This document shows positions 1 to 8,857 of a DNA stretch of 64,000 nt, in pieces; position 1 is the stretch's first letter, and each line of letters starts with the position of its first letter. The notes under the pieces are model-generated. The model saw nothing but the letters and a program-made list of their open reading frames with translations, was not told where the DNA came from and ran no database searches. Origin of the DNA: Lentisphaeria bacterium UBA1732 (GTDB lineage Bacteria > Verrucomicrobiota > Lentisphaeria > Victivallales > UBA1829); NCBI GenBank assembly GCA_002315855.1, contig DCIG01000048.1, positions 5,582 through 69,581 on the forward strand, written 5' to 3'. Made by a program: the position numbers and the translations under genes.

Positions 1-2
1 TT

Positions 3-926
3 TCAGGCGGCAAGCTCGACTATGAGGTTATGATTCAGTGCAATAAAATCCTCTTCGATGACTACGACCTCATTCTCTCCATCGGGCAGGTCGTCCCTCA
101 CGAAGTCGTCGGCTTGGCGAACTACACGAAAAATATCATGGTCGGGACAGGCGGTCCTGACATCATCAATAAATCCCACTTCCTCGGTGCCGTCTCCAAT
201 ATGGAGAAAATCATGGGACGCGCAGACAGCCCTGTTCGCCGCCTGTTCAATTACGGCGTGGACACCTATCTGAAGGATCGTCCCATCGTCTACATGCTCA
301 CGGTCATGGCGCGCGAAGAATCCTCCGGGAAAATGGTGATGCGCGGGTTCTATTCCGGCGAAGGTCCCGATGCTTTCCTTCAGGCAGCAAAACTCTGTAC
401 CGAAACCAATCTCGTCCTCCTGGACAAGCCTCTGAAAAAAGTCGTCGTCTTCCTCGACCCCGGCGAATTTAAAAGTACTTGGCTTGGCAACAAAGCCATC
501 TACCGTACTCGCATGGCGATTGCGGATGACGGTGAACTCATCGTGCTTGCACCCGGTCTCCGCGAATTTGGCGAAGACAAACAGATTGACCTCCTCATCC
601 GCAAATACGGTTACAAAGGCACTCCCGCCACATTGCAGGCGGTCAGCGACAATGCCGATTTGCGCGGCAATCTCGGTGCCGCCGCTCACCTCATCCATGG
701 CTCAAGCGAAGGCCGCTTCACCATCACTTATTGCCCCGGCGAAGGTGTCTCGCGTCAGGAAATCGAATCCGTCGGATTCCGCTTCGGCAATCTCGCGGAA
801 ATGACCGCAAAATACAATCCCGACACCCTGAAAGACGGCTTCAATACCGTCAACGGCGAGGAAATCTTCTACATCAGCAATCCCGCCCTCGGTCTTTGGG
901 CTTTGAAAAAGAATTTCGCCGAATAA
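3..926 (+). CDS. Lactate racemase (LarA/DUF2088)-family protein, 5'-truncated by window edge
   Basis: Frame is open from position 3 (SGGKLDYEV then MIQ...). Motifs SIGQVVPHEVVG..N..KN, STWLGNKAIYRTR and AHLIHGSSEGRF resemble the sugar-acid epimerase-like LarA homologues. Confidence 0.75.
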   Translation, partial: SGGKLDYEVMIQCNKILFDDYDLILSIGQVVPHEVVGLANYTKNIMVGTGGPDIINKSHFLGAVSNMEKIMGRADSPVRRLFNYGVDTYLKDRPIVYMLTVMAREESSGKMVMRGFYSGEGPDAFLQAAKLCTETNLVLLDKPLKKVVVFLDPGEFKSTWLGNKAIYRTRMAIADDGELIVLAPGLREFGEDKQIDLLIRKYGYKGTPATLQAVSDNADLRGNLGAAAHLIHGSSEGRFTITYCPGEGVSRQEIESVGFRFGNLAEMTAKYNPDTLKDGFNTVNGEEIFYISNPALGLWALKKNFAE

Positions 927-970
927 TTCAGTGAGGTGCATTCACCTCATTCTCTCCTCAAAAATGAAAT

Positions 971-1010
971 CGCCTGACAGGACACTCAAAATCCCGTCAG
1001 GCGTTTTTTT
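971..1010 (+). terminator. Intrinsic terminator
   Basis: Stem CGCCTGAC/GTCAGGCG followed by T7, in a convergent intergenic region. Confidence 0.8.
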
Positions 1011-1051
1011 CTTCTGAAATCAGCTCTTCTGCGCTGTTTCCGCAAATGCAC

Positions 1052-1663
1052 TCAGAAGAGATTATGTTTCTTCGCCGCCGCCAGCAGTTCCGGTAGCATT
1101 CGCGACTTTTCTTCTTCGGTTTCTTTGTGGAAAAGCTCCGGTGTTTTTGCCAGCCCGCGCCAGTATTCCAGCACGTCCTGCGCCATGCTTCCCGCCTCGT
1201 TTTGTGCGGGGAAAAGTTCCAGCAGGAAATCGAAGATGCCGTAGACCAGTTCAGCCTCTTTCAGGGTGAATACGGAGATGTACTCATCCATGACACACTT
1301 CATTTCAGGAAAAAGCCACGTCGCCGCCAGCCCCCATTCCAGCGGCATGGATGCGCGGAACAGCATTTCCGTTTCAGGCAGTCGTTCGATGGAGCTTCCC
1401 TCCGGCAGCGGATTGAATCTCAAATCGCCGTCTGTCGGCAGTTCATCGGCTCTTTCGTAAATCTGATCCAAAATGGAATACAGGATTTCCGCCAGTTCCA
1501 TTTTCCGGTCAGTCGGGAAAAATCTGGGATTGTCTGAAATCGCCTCCGCCACTTTTTTGGGCGTATCGTAGATGGGGTCTTCATTCACCCGGTGAAATAC
1601 CTTGTCCAGTTCGAGCTGATATGCCTCGATGTCTCGTTTCAGGCTGTTCTTGTCGATTGGCAT
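1052..1663 (-). CDS. Hypothetical protein, 203 aa, acidic and helical
   Basis: Long ORF with protein-like composition and GGAG RBS, directly downstream of the TSCPD gene. Confidence 0.7.
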   Translation of the reverse strand: MPIDKNSLKRDIEAYQLELDKVFHRVNEDPIYDTPKKVAEAISDNPRFFPTDRKMELAEILYSILDQIYERADELPTDGDLRFNPLPEGSSIERLPETEMLFRASMPLEWGLAATWLFPEMKCVMDEYISVFTLKEAELVYGIFDFLLELFPAQNEAGSMAQDVLEYWRGLAKTPELFHKETEEEKSRMLPELLAAAKKHNLF

Positions 1664-1678
1664 CTTGTCTGGCTCCGC

Positions 1679-1933
1679 TTATTTCGCACCGATGGCTTCT
1701 TTCAGAGAAGCCGCGAACTGTGCCGGGCAGGATGTCCCCTTCCCTCCGCAGTCCACGTTTTCCAGCAGAGGAATTACCTCTTCTGCCTTGCGTCCTTCCA
1801 CAAGCATTCCGATTGCCTTCAGGTTGCCGGGGCAGCCGCCCGCGAATTTCAGGTTGTGGATTACTCCGTCTTCCAGATCATAGTCGATTTGCGATGAGCA
1901 GATGCGATGGGTGCGGTAAGTGTAGTGCTGCAT
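1679..1933 (-). CDS. TIGR03905-family TSCPD-domain protein
   Basis: Motifs CS..I, F.GGC.GNL, CGGKGTSCPAQ. Confidence 0.85.
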   Translation of the reverse strand: MQHYTYRTHRICSSQIDYDLEDGVIHNLKFAGGCPGNLKAIGMLVEGRKAEEVIPLLENVDCGGKGTSCPAQFAASLKEAIGAK

Positions 1934-2203
1934 GATGAAATCCTTTCATTACGAACCGGTTTCTTCCTCGAAATCAGTTCATGTCATTGTTGTTTGGGAA
2001 TTGAAATTGAAGCCGATCGAAATCAGCTTATCAGTTCAATCATCGGACGCTTTTCATCTGCATCCCTCCTCCTGCGGAATGCGCGGACTACCCCCGAAAA
2101 TCACGTCTGATGACGTTAATGTAATCTCTCTTTGCGAAAAGTCCAGTAAAAACACAAAAATAGTCTTGTATTCCCGAAAAAAAACAGTATATTGTATTAT
2201 TTG

Positions 2204-2366
2204 GAGCTGATTTCAAATGTCTTTGACGGAATGATTGAAAAAAATCGTCGCGTAGTTGGCATGAATCGTTTGAGGTGGCTATGGGGAACGCATCCGCCGA
2301 AAACACTCTCCCCGCAAATGCCGAAGAGACTTTCAAAGCTCCCGTCACGACTTTTGAAATCAGCTC
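2204..2366. mobile_element. MITE-like palindromic element, full copy 1 (163 bp)
   Basis: TIRs GAGCTGATTTCAAATGTC (2204-2221) and GACTTTTGAAATCAGCTC (2349-2366), 17/18 complementary. About 80% identical to the reverse complement of 43299-43462. Confidence 0.8.
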
Positions 2367-2441
2367 ATTGGAACGGAAAAACAGCCTTCTCTGTCTCTGT
2401 TCCCGTTTTCTCTTTTTCACCCAGCAAACCCGGAGTCTGTT

Positions 2442-3482
2442 TTGGATTTTGATTGTGTCATGATGCGAAAAGCGATTGCCCTTGCCGGACGCGGTGCAGG
2501 TTTCACCAGCCCGAATCCCATGGTCGGTGCGGTCATTGTCCGTGACGGGCAGATAATCGGACGCGGCTGGCATAAAAAATGCGGCGGTCCCCATGCTGAG
2601 GTCAATGCCTTTGCATCCCTGAAAAATCCTGCGGATGCCGCAGGGGCTTCGCTTTATGTTACGCTGGAGCCTTGCAGTACCACGGGACGCACTCCCCCGT
2701 GCTGTGATGCCATTATCCGCCACGGAATCGCCCGTGTTGTCATTGGCTGTACCGACCCCAATCCCAAACACGCAGGACGTGCCGTTTCCATCTTGGAACA
2801 GGCCGGGATTCAGGTCCGTTGCGGCGTGGAGGAATCCGCCTGCCGCAGACTGAATGCTCCTTTCATGAAATGGATTGTCTCCGGCAGGCCCTATGTCCTC
2901 CTGAAAATGGCGGAAACTCTGGACGGTAAAACAGCTTGCGCCTCCGGCAATTCCCGGTGGATTACAGGCGAAGCCGCACGGAAACGTGTCGCTCATCTTC
3001 GCTTGCTTTCGGATGCTGTGCTGGCGGGCGCGAATACATGGCTCATCGATCATCCCCGTTTCACAGCCCGTACCCCCTCCGGCGAAGTCGTCAAAACACC
3101 TCGTCTGTTCGCCGCTTCGCATCACCCCGAAAAAATCGCCCGCACGGATGTAACCTGCGTTTCACTGGATACCCCTGCACAATGGGACGACTTCCTGTCC
3201 CGGCTCGGCGCAGAACAGATCACCATGCTCCTGATTGAGGGCGGCGGCGAACTCGCTTCTTCTGCCGTTCGCGCTCATGCCGTGGATGAAATCGAGTTCC
3301 ATATCGCACCGAAACTCCTTGGCGGACTTCACAGTCATACTGCCATGGACGGCGCAGACCCGCTGACGCTTTCCGAGGCTGTCTCTCTCTCGGATATGCA
3401 GGTGCGCAGAATCGGCGGCGACCTCGTTGTCAACGCAAAACCCGTTTACGGCAGAATGCCCGATACAAAGGATATTCGATAA
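2442..3482 (+). CDS. ribD: Bifunctional riboflavin biosynthesis deaminase/reductase
   Basis: PNPMVGAV, HAE, TLEPC..C, LDGK, WITG, EGGG motifs. Confidence 0.95.
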   Translation: MDFDCVMMRKAIALAGRGAGFTSPNPMVGAVIVRDGQIIGRGWHKKCGGPHAEVNAFASLKNPADAAGASLYVTLEPCSTTGRTPPCCDAIIRHGIARVVIGCTDPNPKHAGRAVSILEQAGIQVRCGVEESACRRLNAPFMKWIVSGRPYVLLKMAETLDGKTACASGNSRWITGEAARKRVAHLRLLSDAVLAGANTWLIDHPRFTARTPSGEVVKTPRLFAASHHPEKIARTDVTCVSLDTPAQWDDFLSRLGAEQITMLLIEGGGELASSAVRAHAVDEIEFHIAPKLLGGLHSHTAMDGADPLTLSEAVSLSDMQVRRIGGDLVVNAKPVYGRMPDTKDIR

Positions 3483-3485
3483 ATC

Positions 3486-4136
3486 ATGTTTACCGGACTG
3501 ATTGAAACCACCGGCGTTTTCGTCGGAATTGCATGGCAGGGCAAAGCTGGCAAATTCAGCATTGACCCCGCAAAACACTGGTCCGATTTGACCAATGGCG
3601 AAAGCATTGCAGTCAATGGCACTTGCTTGACTCTCGAACAGGTTTGCAACGGCATTTTGACCTTTCATGTCATGCGCGAAACCTTTTCCAAAACCAATCT
3701 CGGCGACCTCAAATCAGGCGACTCCGTCAACCTCGAACGCGCCCTTTGTGCAGGCGGCAGATTGGGCGGTCATCTGGTCAGCGGGCATGTGGATGCCACG
3801 GCGGATGTCGTTTCTTTCGGGCGCAAAGGCTCCGATTTGGAACTCCGTATCGCCCTGCCCCCCGAACTGAAGAATTTCATCGTCCTGAAAGGCTCCATCT
3901 GTATCAACGGCGTTTCCCTCACCGTCAGCGACTTGACCGATGAAGATTTCGCCGTCAGCCTCATTCCCACCACGGAACGCGAAACAAACCTGAAATTCCT
4001 CTCGCCCGGTTGTAAAGTCAATCTGGAAGCGGATATGATTGCCAAATACGTTTGCGCCCGGCTGGATGCTATGGGACTTTCTCTTCACGAAAAGAAAAAA
4101 ATCACCATGGATGACCTGCACAACGCAGGTTTTTGA
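3486..4136 (+). CDS. ribE: Riboflavin synthase (alpha chain)
   Basis: MFTGLIE N-terminus, SIAVNG.CLT, GGHLVSGHVD, VNLE.D. Confidence 0.95.
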   Translation: MFTGLIETTGVFVGIAWQGKAGKFSIDPAKHWSDLTNGESIAVNGTCLTLEQVCNGILTFHVMRETFSKTNLGDLKSGDSVNLERALCAGGRLGGHLVSGHVDATADVVSFGRKGSDLELRIALPPELKNFIVLKGSICINGVSLTVSDLTDEDFAVSLIPTTERETNLKFLSPGCKVNLEADMIAKYVCARLDAMGLSLHEKKKITMDDLHNAGF

Positions 4137-4951
4137 AGATGCAGAACAACCGGCTTGACTACACAAATTTTCTTTTCGGGGTGAATCACACCTGCGCCGG
4201 GACCAATCCGGACTCCGTTGCGGACGTCTTCGATACCCGCGAAATGAATGCTGTCAGTCTTCCGTTTGACTGCTTCGCCGCTCCCTCTCAGGATTTCCTT
4301 TATCGTCTGAACAAGCAGAATTACAAAAAAATTCACTGCGGCAGCCTCATGGAACCCGGCCTTTCAAGTCAGATTACTTCCGCAGCCGAGTGTTTTCGCG
4401 ATTCATTCTGTACACAGGCATCCCGCAACATTGACATGCTTGCTCAGTACGGCGTTTCCGCTGCCGTGCTTAACCTTGACATGCGTACCGTTCTGGATTC
4501 TCCGGAGCACATCGAAAATGCGGAAATCATCATCCGCAAGCTCATCCCCGCTTTGACGCGAAAGAAAATGTTCCTGCTCATTCCTTACAGAATACCGTTC
4601 GGAACTCAGATGAATGCCCCCGCCGCCCGTATGGCCTGCTTCCTCAGAAATACCATGTCCCCCTTCGTCAAACTCTCTGTGGAACTCCATTTCGATGAGT
4701 TTTCACCCGACACTCCGCCCGATGACCTCTTCGGGATGCTTGGCATGGAGCTGAAAGAGCTGGTATTCCTTTACAATGCCGACAACGGATACCGCATGAT
4801 TGCTTCAATCCTCAGGTACTGGATTCACTATCTTGCTCAATTCCGGTTCGATGGTCCTTTCTTCATCGCACCGCAATCCGAACGCTGCCGCTTCCTCCTC
4901 CCGGAGTTCGACGCGTTCACAAAAATCGTCTCAACTCTTTACAATGAATAA
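4133..4951 (+). CDS. Hypothetical protein, possibly a degenerate TIM-barrel
   Basis: 272-aa ORF abutting the ribE stop. No recognisable catalytic motif. Confidence 0.65.
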   Translation: MKMQNNRLDYTNFLFGVNHTCAGTNPDSVADVFDTREMNAVSLPFDCFAAPSQDFLYRLNKQNYKKIHCGSLMEPGLSSQITSAAECFRDSFCTQASRNIDMLAQYGVSAAVLNLDMRTVLDSPEHIENAEIIIRKLIPALTRKKMFLLIPYRIPFGTQMNAPAARMACFLRNTMSPFVKLSVELHFDEFSPDTPPDDLFGMLGMELKELVFLYNADNGYRMIASILRYWIHYLAQFRFDGPFFIAPQSERCRFLLPEFDAFTKIVSTLYNE

Positions 4952-4977
4952 ATCTCTGTAACAAAGGACACCTCAAC

Positions 4978-6072
4978 ATGGCTTCCGAAATTATCTCTAT
5001 CTTCCACCAGATTCTCGAACAGGCCGTCGAAAACGCAGCTTCCGACATCCTCATGAAAGAAGGCGCTCAGGTCAATCTCCGTATGGCGGGGACCCTCGTC
5101 CCCCTCGATTTCGTTACCGATAAAGCGTTTATGACTTCACTTTTGAAAGAAATCACCGATGAACGCATGAAAGAAACATACGACAAAACAGGGGATGCCG
5201 ACTTCTCCTATGCCGTCGAAAATCTCGGTCGCTTCCGTGTGAATGCTCACCGCCAGCGCGGCATGAACGGCATGACGCTCCGTTATGTCAAAAACAAGAT
5301 CCTCTCCGTGGAAGAACTCGGTCTCCCCACTGTGCTTCGCCAAATCGCAGAAACACCCCGCGGAATCATCCTCGTTTGCGGTACTACGGGCAGCGGTAAA
5401 TCCACCACCCTCGCCGCTATGGTTCAGCACATCAACCTCGCTTTCACGAAACACATCATCACCATCGAAGACCCCATTGAATACGAGTTCCCCGACAGCA
5501 AATCGTTCGTCGAACAGCGCGAAGTCGGGCTTGATTCTCCCTCATTCTACAGTGCTTTGACTCATGCCATGCGTCAGGCTCCCGATGTCATCATGGTCGG
5601 TGAAATGCGCGATAAGGAAAGTTTTGAAGCCGCTCTTCAGGCCGCCGATACCGGACACATGGTCATCAGTACCGTCCACGCCTCCGATGCTTCTCAGGTC
5701 GTCGGACGTATCCTCGACCTCTACCCCATTCAGGAACAGGACACCATCCTCGAATCCATCAGCTCCAACCTCAAGGCCGTTATCGCTCAGCGTCTGCTCC
5801 CAAAAGCATTGGGCAAAGGCGTTGTCCCCGCCGTCGAGGTCATGATCTGCGACCCCGTCGTTCAGCGTTTCATCTCCAAACGCGAGTTTGAACGCCTCCC
5901 CGAAGCCATGGAAGCCGCACGCGAATCCGGAATGCAGACCTTCAATATGGCCATCCTTGACCTCATCAACAACGGCGACATCACCGAAGAAGTCGGTATC
6001 GCCGCCTCAACCTCCCCCAGCGCACTGAAGATGAACCTCAAAGGTATCTTCCTTTCAGGTCAGAAAAGCTGA
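4978..6072 (+). CDS. PilT/PilU-family type IV pilus retraction ATPase
   Basis: ASDI, GRFRVN, G.TGSGKSTTLA, TIEDPIE, QREVG.D, PDVIMVGEMRD, TGH.V.ST.H, GMQTF. Confidence 0.92.
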   Translation: MASEIISIFHQILEQAVENAASDILMKEGAQVNLRMAGTLVPLDFVTDKAFMTSLLKEITDERMKETYDKTGDADFSYAVENLGRFRVNAHRQRGMNGMTLRYVKNKILSVEELGLPTVLRQIAETPRGIILVCGTTGSGKSTTLAAMVQHINLAFTKHIITIEDPIEYEFPDSKSFVEQREVGLDSPSFYSALTHAMRQAPDVIMVGEMRDKESFEAALQAADTGHMVISTVHASDASQVVGRILDLYPIQEQDTILESISSNLKAVIAQRLLPKALGKGVVPAVEVMICDPVVQRFISKREFERLPEAMEAARESGMQTFNMAILDLINNGDITEEVGIAASTSPSALKMNLKGIFLSGQKS

Positions 6073-6090
6073 TGATTCAGGTCGTTTAAT

Positions 6091-6909
6091 ATGGATTTTC
6101 TTCTTTATATTCAGGCACTTATACAGGGAATTGTCGAGGGCGTTACCGAGTTCCTCCCCATCAGCAGCACCGGCCACATGATTCTCGTGGACGCCTTTTT
6201 CCCGATGAGAGATGCGGAATTTGCCAAGCGTTTTGAGGTCATTATCCAGCTCGGAGCCATCCTGTCCGTGCTCGTTCATTTCCGCAAAATCATCTTTCCT
6301 TCAAAATGGACAATTGACGGCTTTAAGTCTATGATGCCGTTATGGTTGCGCATTGTGGCCGGAGTGATTCCCGCAGCAGTGCTGGGCTTCCTTTTGGATG
6401 ATTTCATCGAAGCGAAACTGTTCAATTTACCAGTAGTTACGTCAATGCTTGTGCTGTGGGGTATCGTGCTGGTCTTCTCAGGACTGATCGAAAAACGCAG
6501 TCAGGGAAATTCTGCTGATAAAATCGTCTTAATGTCTTGGATTCAAGTACTTGCAGTCGGTTTCGCACAGTGTCTCGCCATGGTTCCCGGAACATCGCGT
6601 TCCGCCGTAACCATCTTGGGTGCCATGTGTTTAGGGTGTACGCGATCCTGCGCTGCGGAGTTTTCGTTTTTCCTTGCCATTCCCACGATGTTTGGTGCTA
6701 CGTTGCTTTCGCTTGTCAAGAGCGGAGCTAACTTTACTGCAAATCAATGGGTTGCATTAACAATTGGCTTTCTTGCAGCGTTCTTTACGGCCTGGGGTGT
6801 GATTGCATGGTTTATGGACTACATCAAAAAGCATGATTTCAAGCTCTTTGGCTGGTATCGTATCATATTGGGAATTGCAGTATTTACACTCTATCTCTTC
6901 TTCAAATGA
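6091..6909 (+). CDS. uppP: Undecaprenyl-diphosphatase
   Basis: GIVEGVTEFLPISSTGH, PGTSRS, AAEFSFFLAIP. Confidence 0.95.
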   Translation: MDFLLYIQALIQGIVEGVTEFLPISSTGHMILVDAFFPMRDAEFAKRFEVIIQLGAILSVLVHFRKIIFPSKWTIDGFKSMMPLWLRIVAGVIPAAVLGFLLDDFIEAKLFNLPVVTSMLVLWGIVLVFSGLIEKRSQGNSADKIVLMSWIQVLAVGFAQCLAMVPGTSRSAVTILGAMCLGCTRSCAAEFSFFLAIPTMFGATLLSLVKSGANFTANQWVALTIGFLAAFFTAWGVIAWFMDYIKKHDFKLFGWYRIILGIAVFTLYLFFK

Positions 6910-7020
6910 CAAATCGAATTTCACCTCATTATGCCATCAAGCTCAACCACTGATGCAGTGTGAGGTAAAATTCAACAACTTACAGCAAATCAAAAAAAAG
7001 CAGAAAAAAGAGAGCAGAAA

Positions 7021-7053
7021 ACAGCAGAATCATTTTTTCGTTGATTCTGCTGT
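7021..7053. terminator. Hairpin between convergent genes, probable terminator
   Basis: ACAGCAGAATCA / TGATTCTGCTGT 12-bp stem preceded by an A-rich tract. Confidence 0.6.
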
Positions 7054-7141
7054 AGAGTGAGCATAAATTCAACCACTTGCATCAGATTTTGATACTTGTG
7101 TAAAATCACTTCAAAATGAGGTCAGAATTTGCGTTTTGACC

Positions 7142-7966
7142 TCATCTTTTATTTGCAGGGTCATCGGACCAGCTGCCATACGCAGGTGAGCTGTACTGCG
7201 CATAATTAATTTTATTGCAAACCGTTTTCAGATAATCACTTGCGGTTGTATGACCATCCATATACCACACCGGAGCAGATCCGTTATGCCGTGAGCGGTA
7301 ATCATCGCACGTAACCGCCGATTCCGGGCTGTCGTTGCGGTAGCGGCGGAGGTGGAAAGCTGAGGTCTTTTCCTGCTCGAAGACCTTGCCGGGGATATGG
7401 TCGTCGGACCAGCGTTCGCCCAGCAGGATGAGGTCAGATGGAGTTTTCAGTGAGGTTACTCTCGCCCAGACGAGGCGGTCGGCGGACTGCTGGGACGAGG
7501 AGGCATGACTGCCCTTTCCCTTCTTCAGCGTACCACCATTTGGGGTGTCGTTGCGGGCATAGCTTGCGGTCCCTTTTGTGGGGTCGCAGGGGCACCGGAA
7601 CAGTTTTTTGACCGACAGCCCGACTCTGTCGAGGGACTTATCCTCACATGCCGCGTAGCTGGATTCAAAGCCGGTGGCATCACTTTTGTTGCGGTATTTT
7701 CCGCCTGCGGCGAGTACGATATTGCCGTACCAGTAGTGGTAGTTCCCCACAATGCCGCCCAGCTGCTGCTTGTGCTCCATGGCATAGACGAGGATGTAGT
7801 TGCCGAGCTGCTTCTCATTGTTCAGGCAGAGTGCCTTTTTGGCCGTCTGACGGGACTGGCTTAATGCGGGAAGCAGCATCCCCGCCAGAACGCAAATCAC
7901 AGCAATCACGACCAGCAGCTCAATCAGGGTAAAGTATTTGCGGCGGGACACCATAACGCAATCCAT
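7142..7966 (-). CDS. Prepilin-type N-terminal cleavage/methylation protein with H-X9-DG C-terminal motif (DUF1559-like)
   Basis: [46 protein letters not shown]. Start placed at ATG 7966 behind AGAAAGG. Confidence 0.88.
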   Translation of the reverse strand: MDCVMVSRRKYFTLIELLVVIAVICVLAGMLLPALSQSRQTAKKALCLNNEKQLGNYILVYAMEHKQQLGGIVGNYHYWYGNIVLAAGGKYRNKSDATGFESSYAACEDKSLDRVGLSVKKLFRCPCDPTKGTASYARNDTPNGGTLKKGKGSHASSSQQSADRLVWARVTSLKTPSDLILLGERWSDDHIPGKVFEQEKTSAFHLRRYRNDSPESAVTCDDYRSRHNGSAPVWYMDGHTTASDYLKTVCNKINYAQYSSPAYGSWSDDPANKR

Positions 7967-8205
7967 ACCGGGACCTTTCTTTTTACGAGGTAAAACGTTC
8001 TGCCTGTGCTCACCACGGGACGCGCTTCGGGAGCAGGCAGACACCATGCTTTTTCATTTCGACACAATAATATACCATCCAATTTCTCAATAATCAAGCA
8101 AACGAGCTGAAAAAGTAAACATTTCCAAACAGTTAGTGCCATTTTCAAGCGACAGGGAGACAGGAGAAAGCATGATGGATGCGAGGGGAAATGGGGAAAA
8201 CAAGA

Positions 8206-8286
8206 CGCAGAGAATGATTCGAGGGGGCAGTGAGGGAAAAGCAAGGCGAAAGCGCAGAGAATGATTCGAGGGGGCAGTGAGGGAAA
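8206..8286. repeat. 34-bp exact direct repeat with 47-bp period
   Basis: CGCAGAGAATGATTCGAGGGGGCAGTGAGGGAAA at 8206-8239 and 8253-8286. Confidence 0.9.
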
Positions 8287-8287
8287 G

Positions 8288-8857
8288 TCAGCGGCGGGGA
8301 GAACTGTTTTTTGCGATGCGTCCGGCACGGACGGCGCGGAAGAACTCCTGAAAGACGGACTTGCATTCGTCTTCAAGGACACCGCGTTTCACCTCAACCT
8401 GATGAAGCATTCCGGGGAACCCCGTAACATCCAGCGCAGAGCCGGCACATCCGGAACGAGCGTCCGCCATTCCGAAAATCACACGGCGGACACGAGCATT
8501 CACCATGGCTCCGGCACACATGGCGCACGGTTCCTTGGTAACGTAGATGTCCACATCGTCCATACGCCAGTCGCCGATGACCTGCGGCAAGGAGGAAATG
8601 AGCATCAGTTCGGCATGAGCCGTGGCATCTTTCAGCATTTCGACCTGATTCCATGATTTGGCGATAATGACGCCGTCGCGGACGGCGACAGCACCGACGG
8701 GGACCTCTCCCGCATCAAACGCCATTTGCGCGCATTTAAGGGCAGCTCGCATGTAATGCGCATCATCTAACAGGTTTATCGTTTCCCCATCGTCAAAACG
8801 CGTAGAAACGCAAGGAAACGGCATTTCTGAAATCTTCACCGGAGAATCATCAGACAT
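8288..8857 (-). CDS. tadA: tRNA adenosine(34) deaminase
   Basis: GEVPVGAV, DATAHAE, YVTKEPCAMCAGA, FF...R C-terminus. Confidence 0.9.
   Translation of the reverse strand: MSDDSPVKISEMPFPCVSTRFDDGETINLLDDAHYMRAALKCAQMAFDAGEVPVGAVAVRDGVIIAKSWNQVEMLKDATAHAELMLISSLPQVIGDWRMDDVDIYVTKEPCAMCAGAMVNARVRRVIFGMADARSGCAGSALDVTGFPGMLHQVEVKRGVLEDECKSVFQEFFRAVRAGRIAKNSSPRR

Noticed and set aside
2200-2441. FMN riboswitch upstream of ribD
   Set aside because: None of the conserved RFN motifs is visible. The leader is occupied by the repeat element, which also occurs inverted before non-riboflavin genes.
2192-2463. Short ORFs across the MITE (2192-2452, 2275-2463)
   Set aside because: No RBS or motifs, and no evidence that the second copy preserves a reading frame.
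6066-6080. 15-nt match AAAGCTGATGATTCA shared with ~20436-20450
   Set aside because: A few 15-mer matches are expected by chance in 64 kb, and this one overlaps the pilT-family stop codon.
7142-7330. DGR variable region in the prepilin-like gene
   Set aside because: No reverse transcriptase and no template repeat differing at adenines seen in the window.
8206-8286. Mini CRISPR array
   Set aside because: Only two repeats with a 13-nt spacer, no palindrome, and no cas genes.
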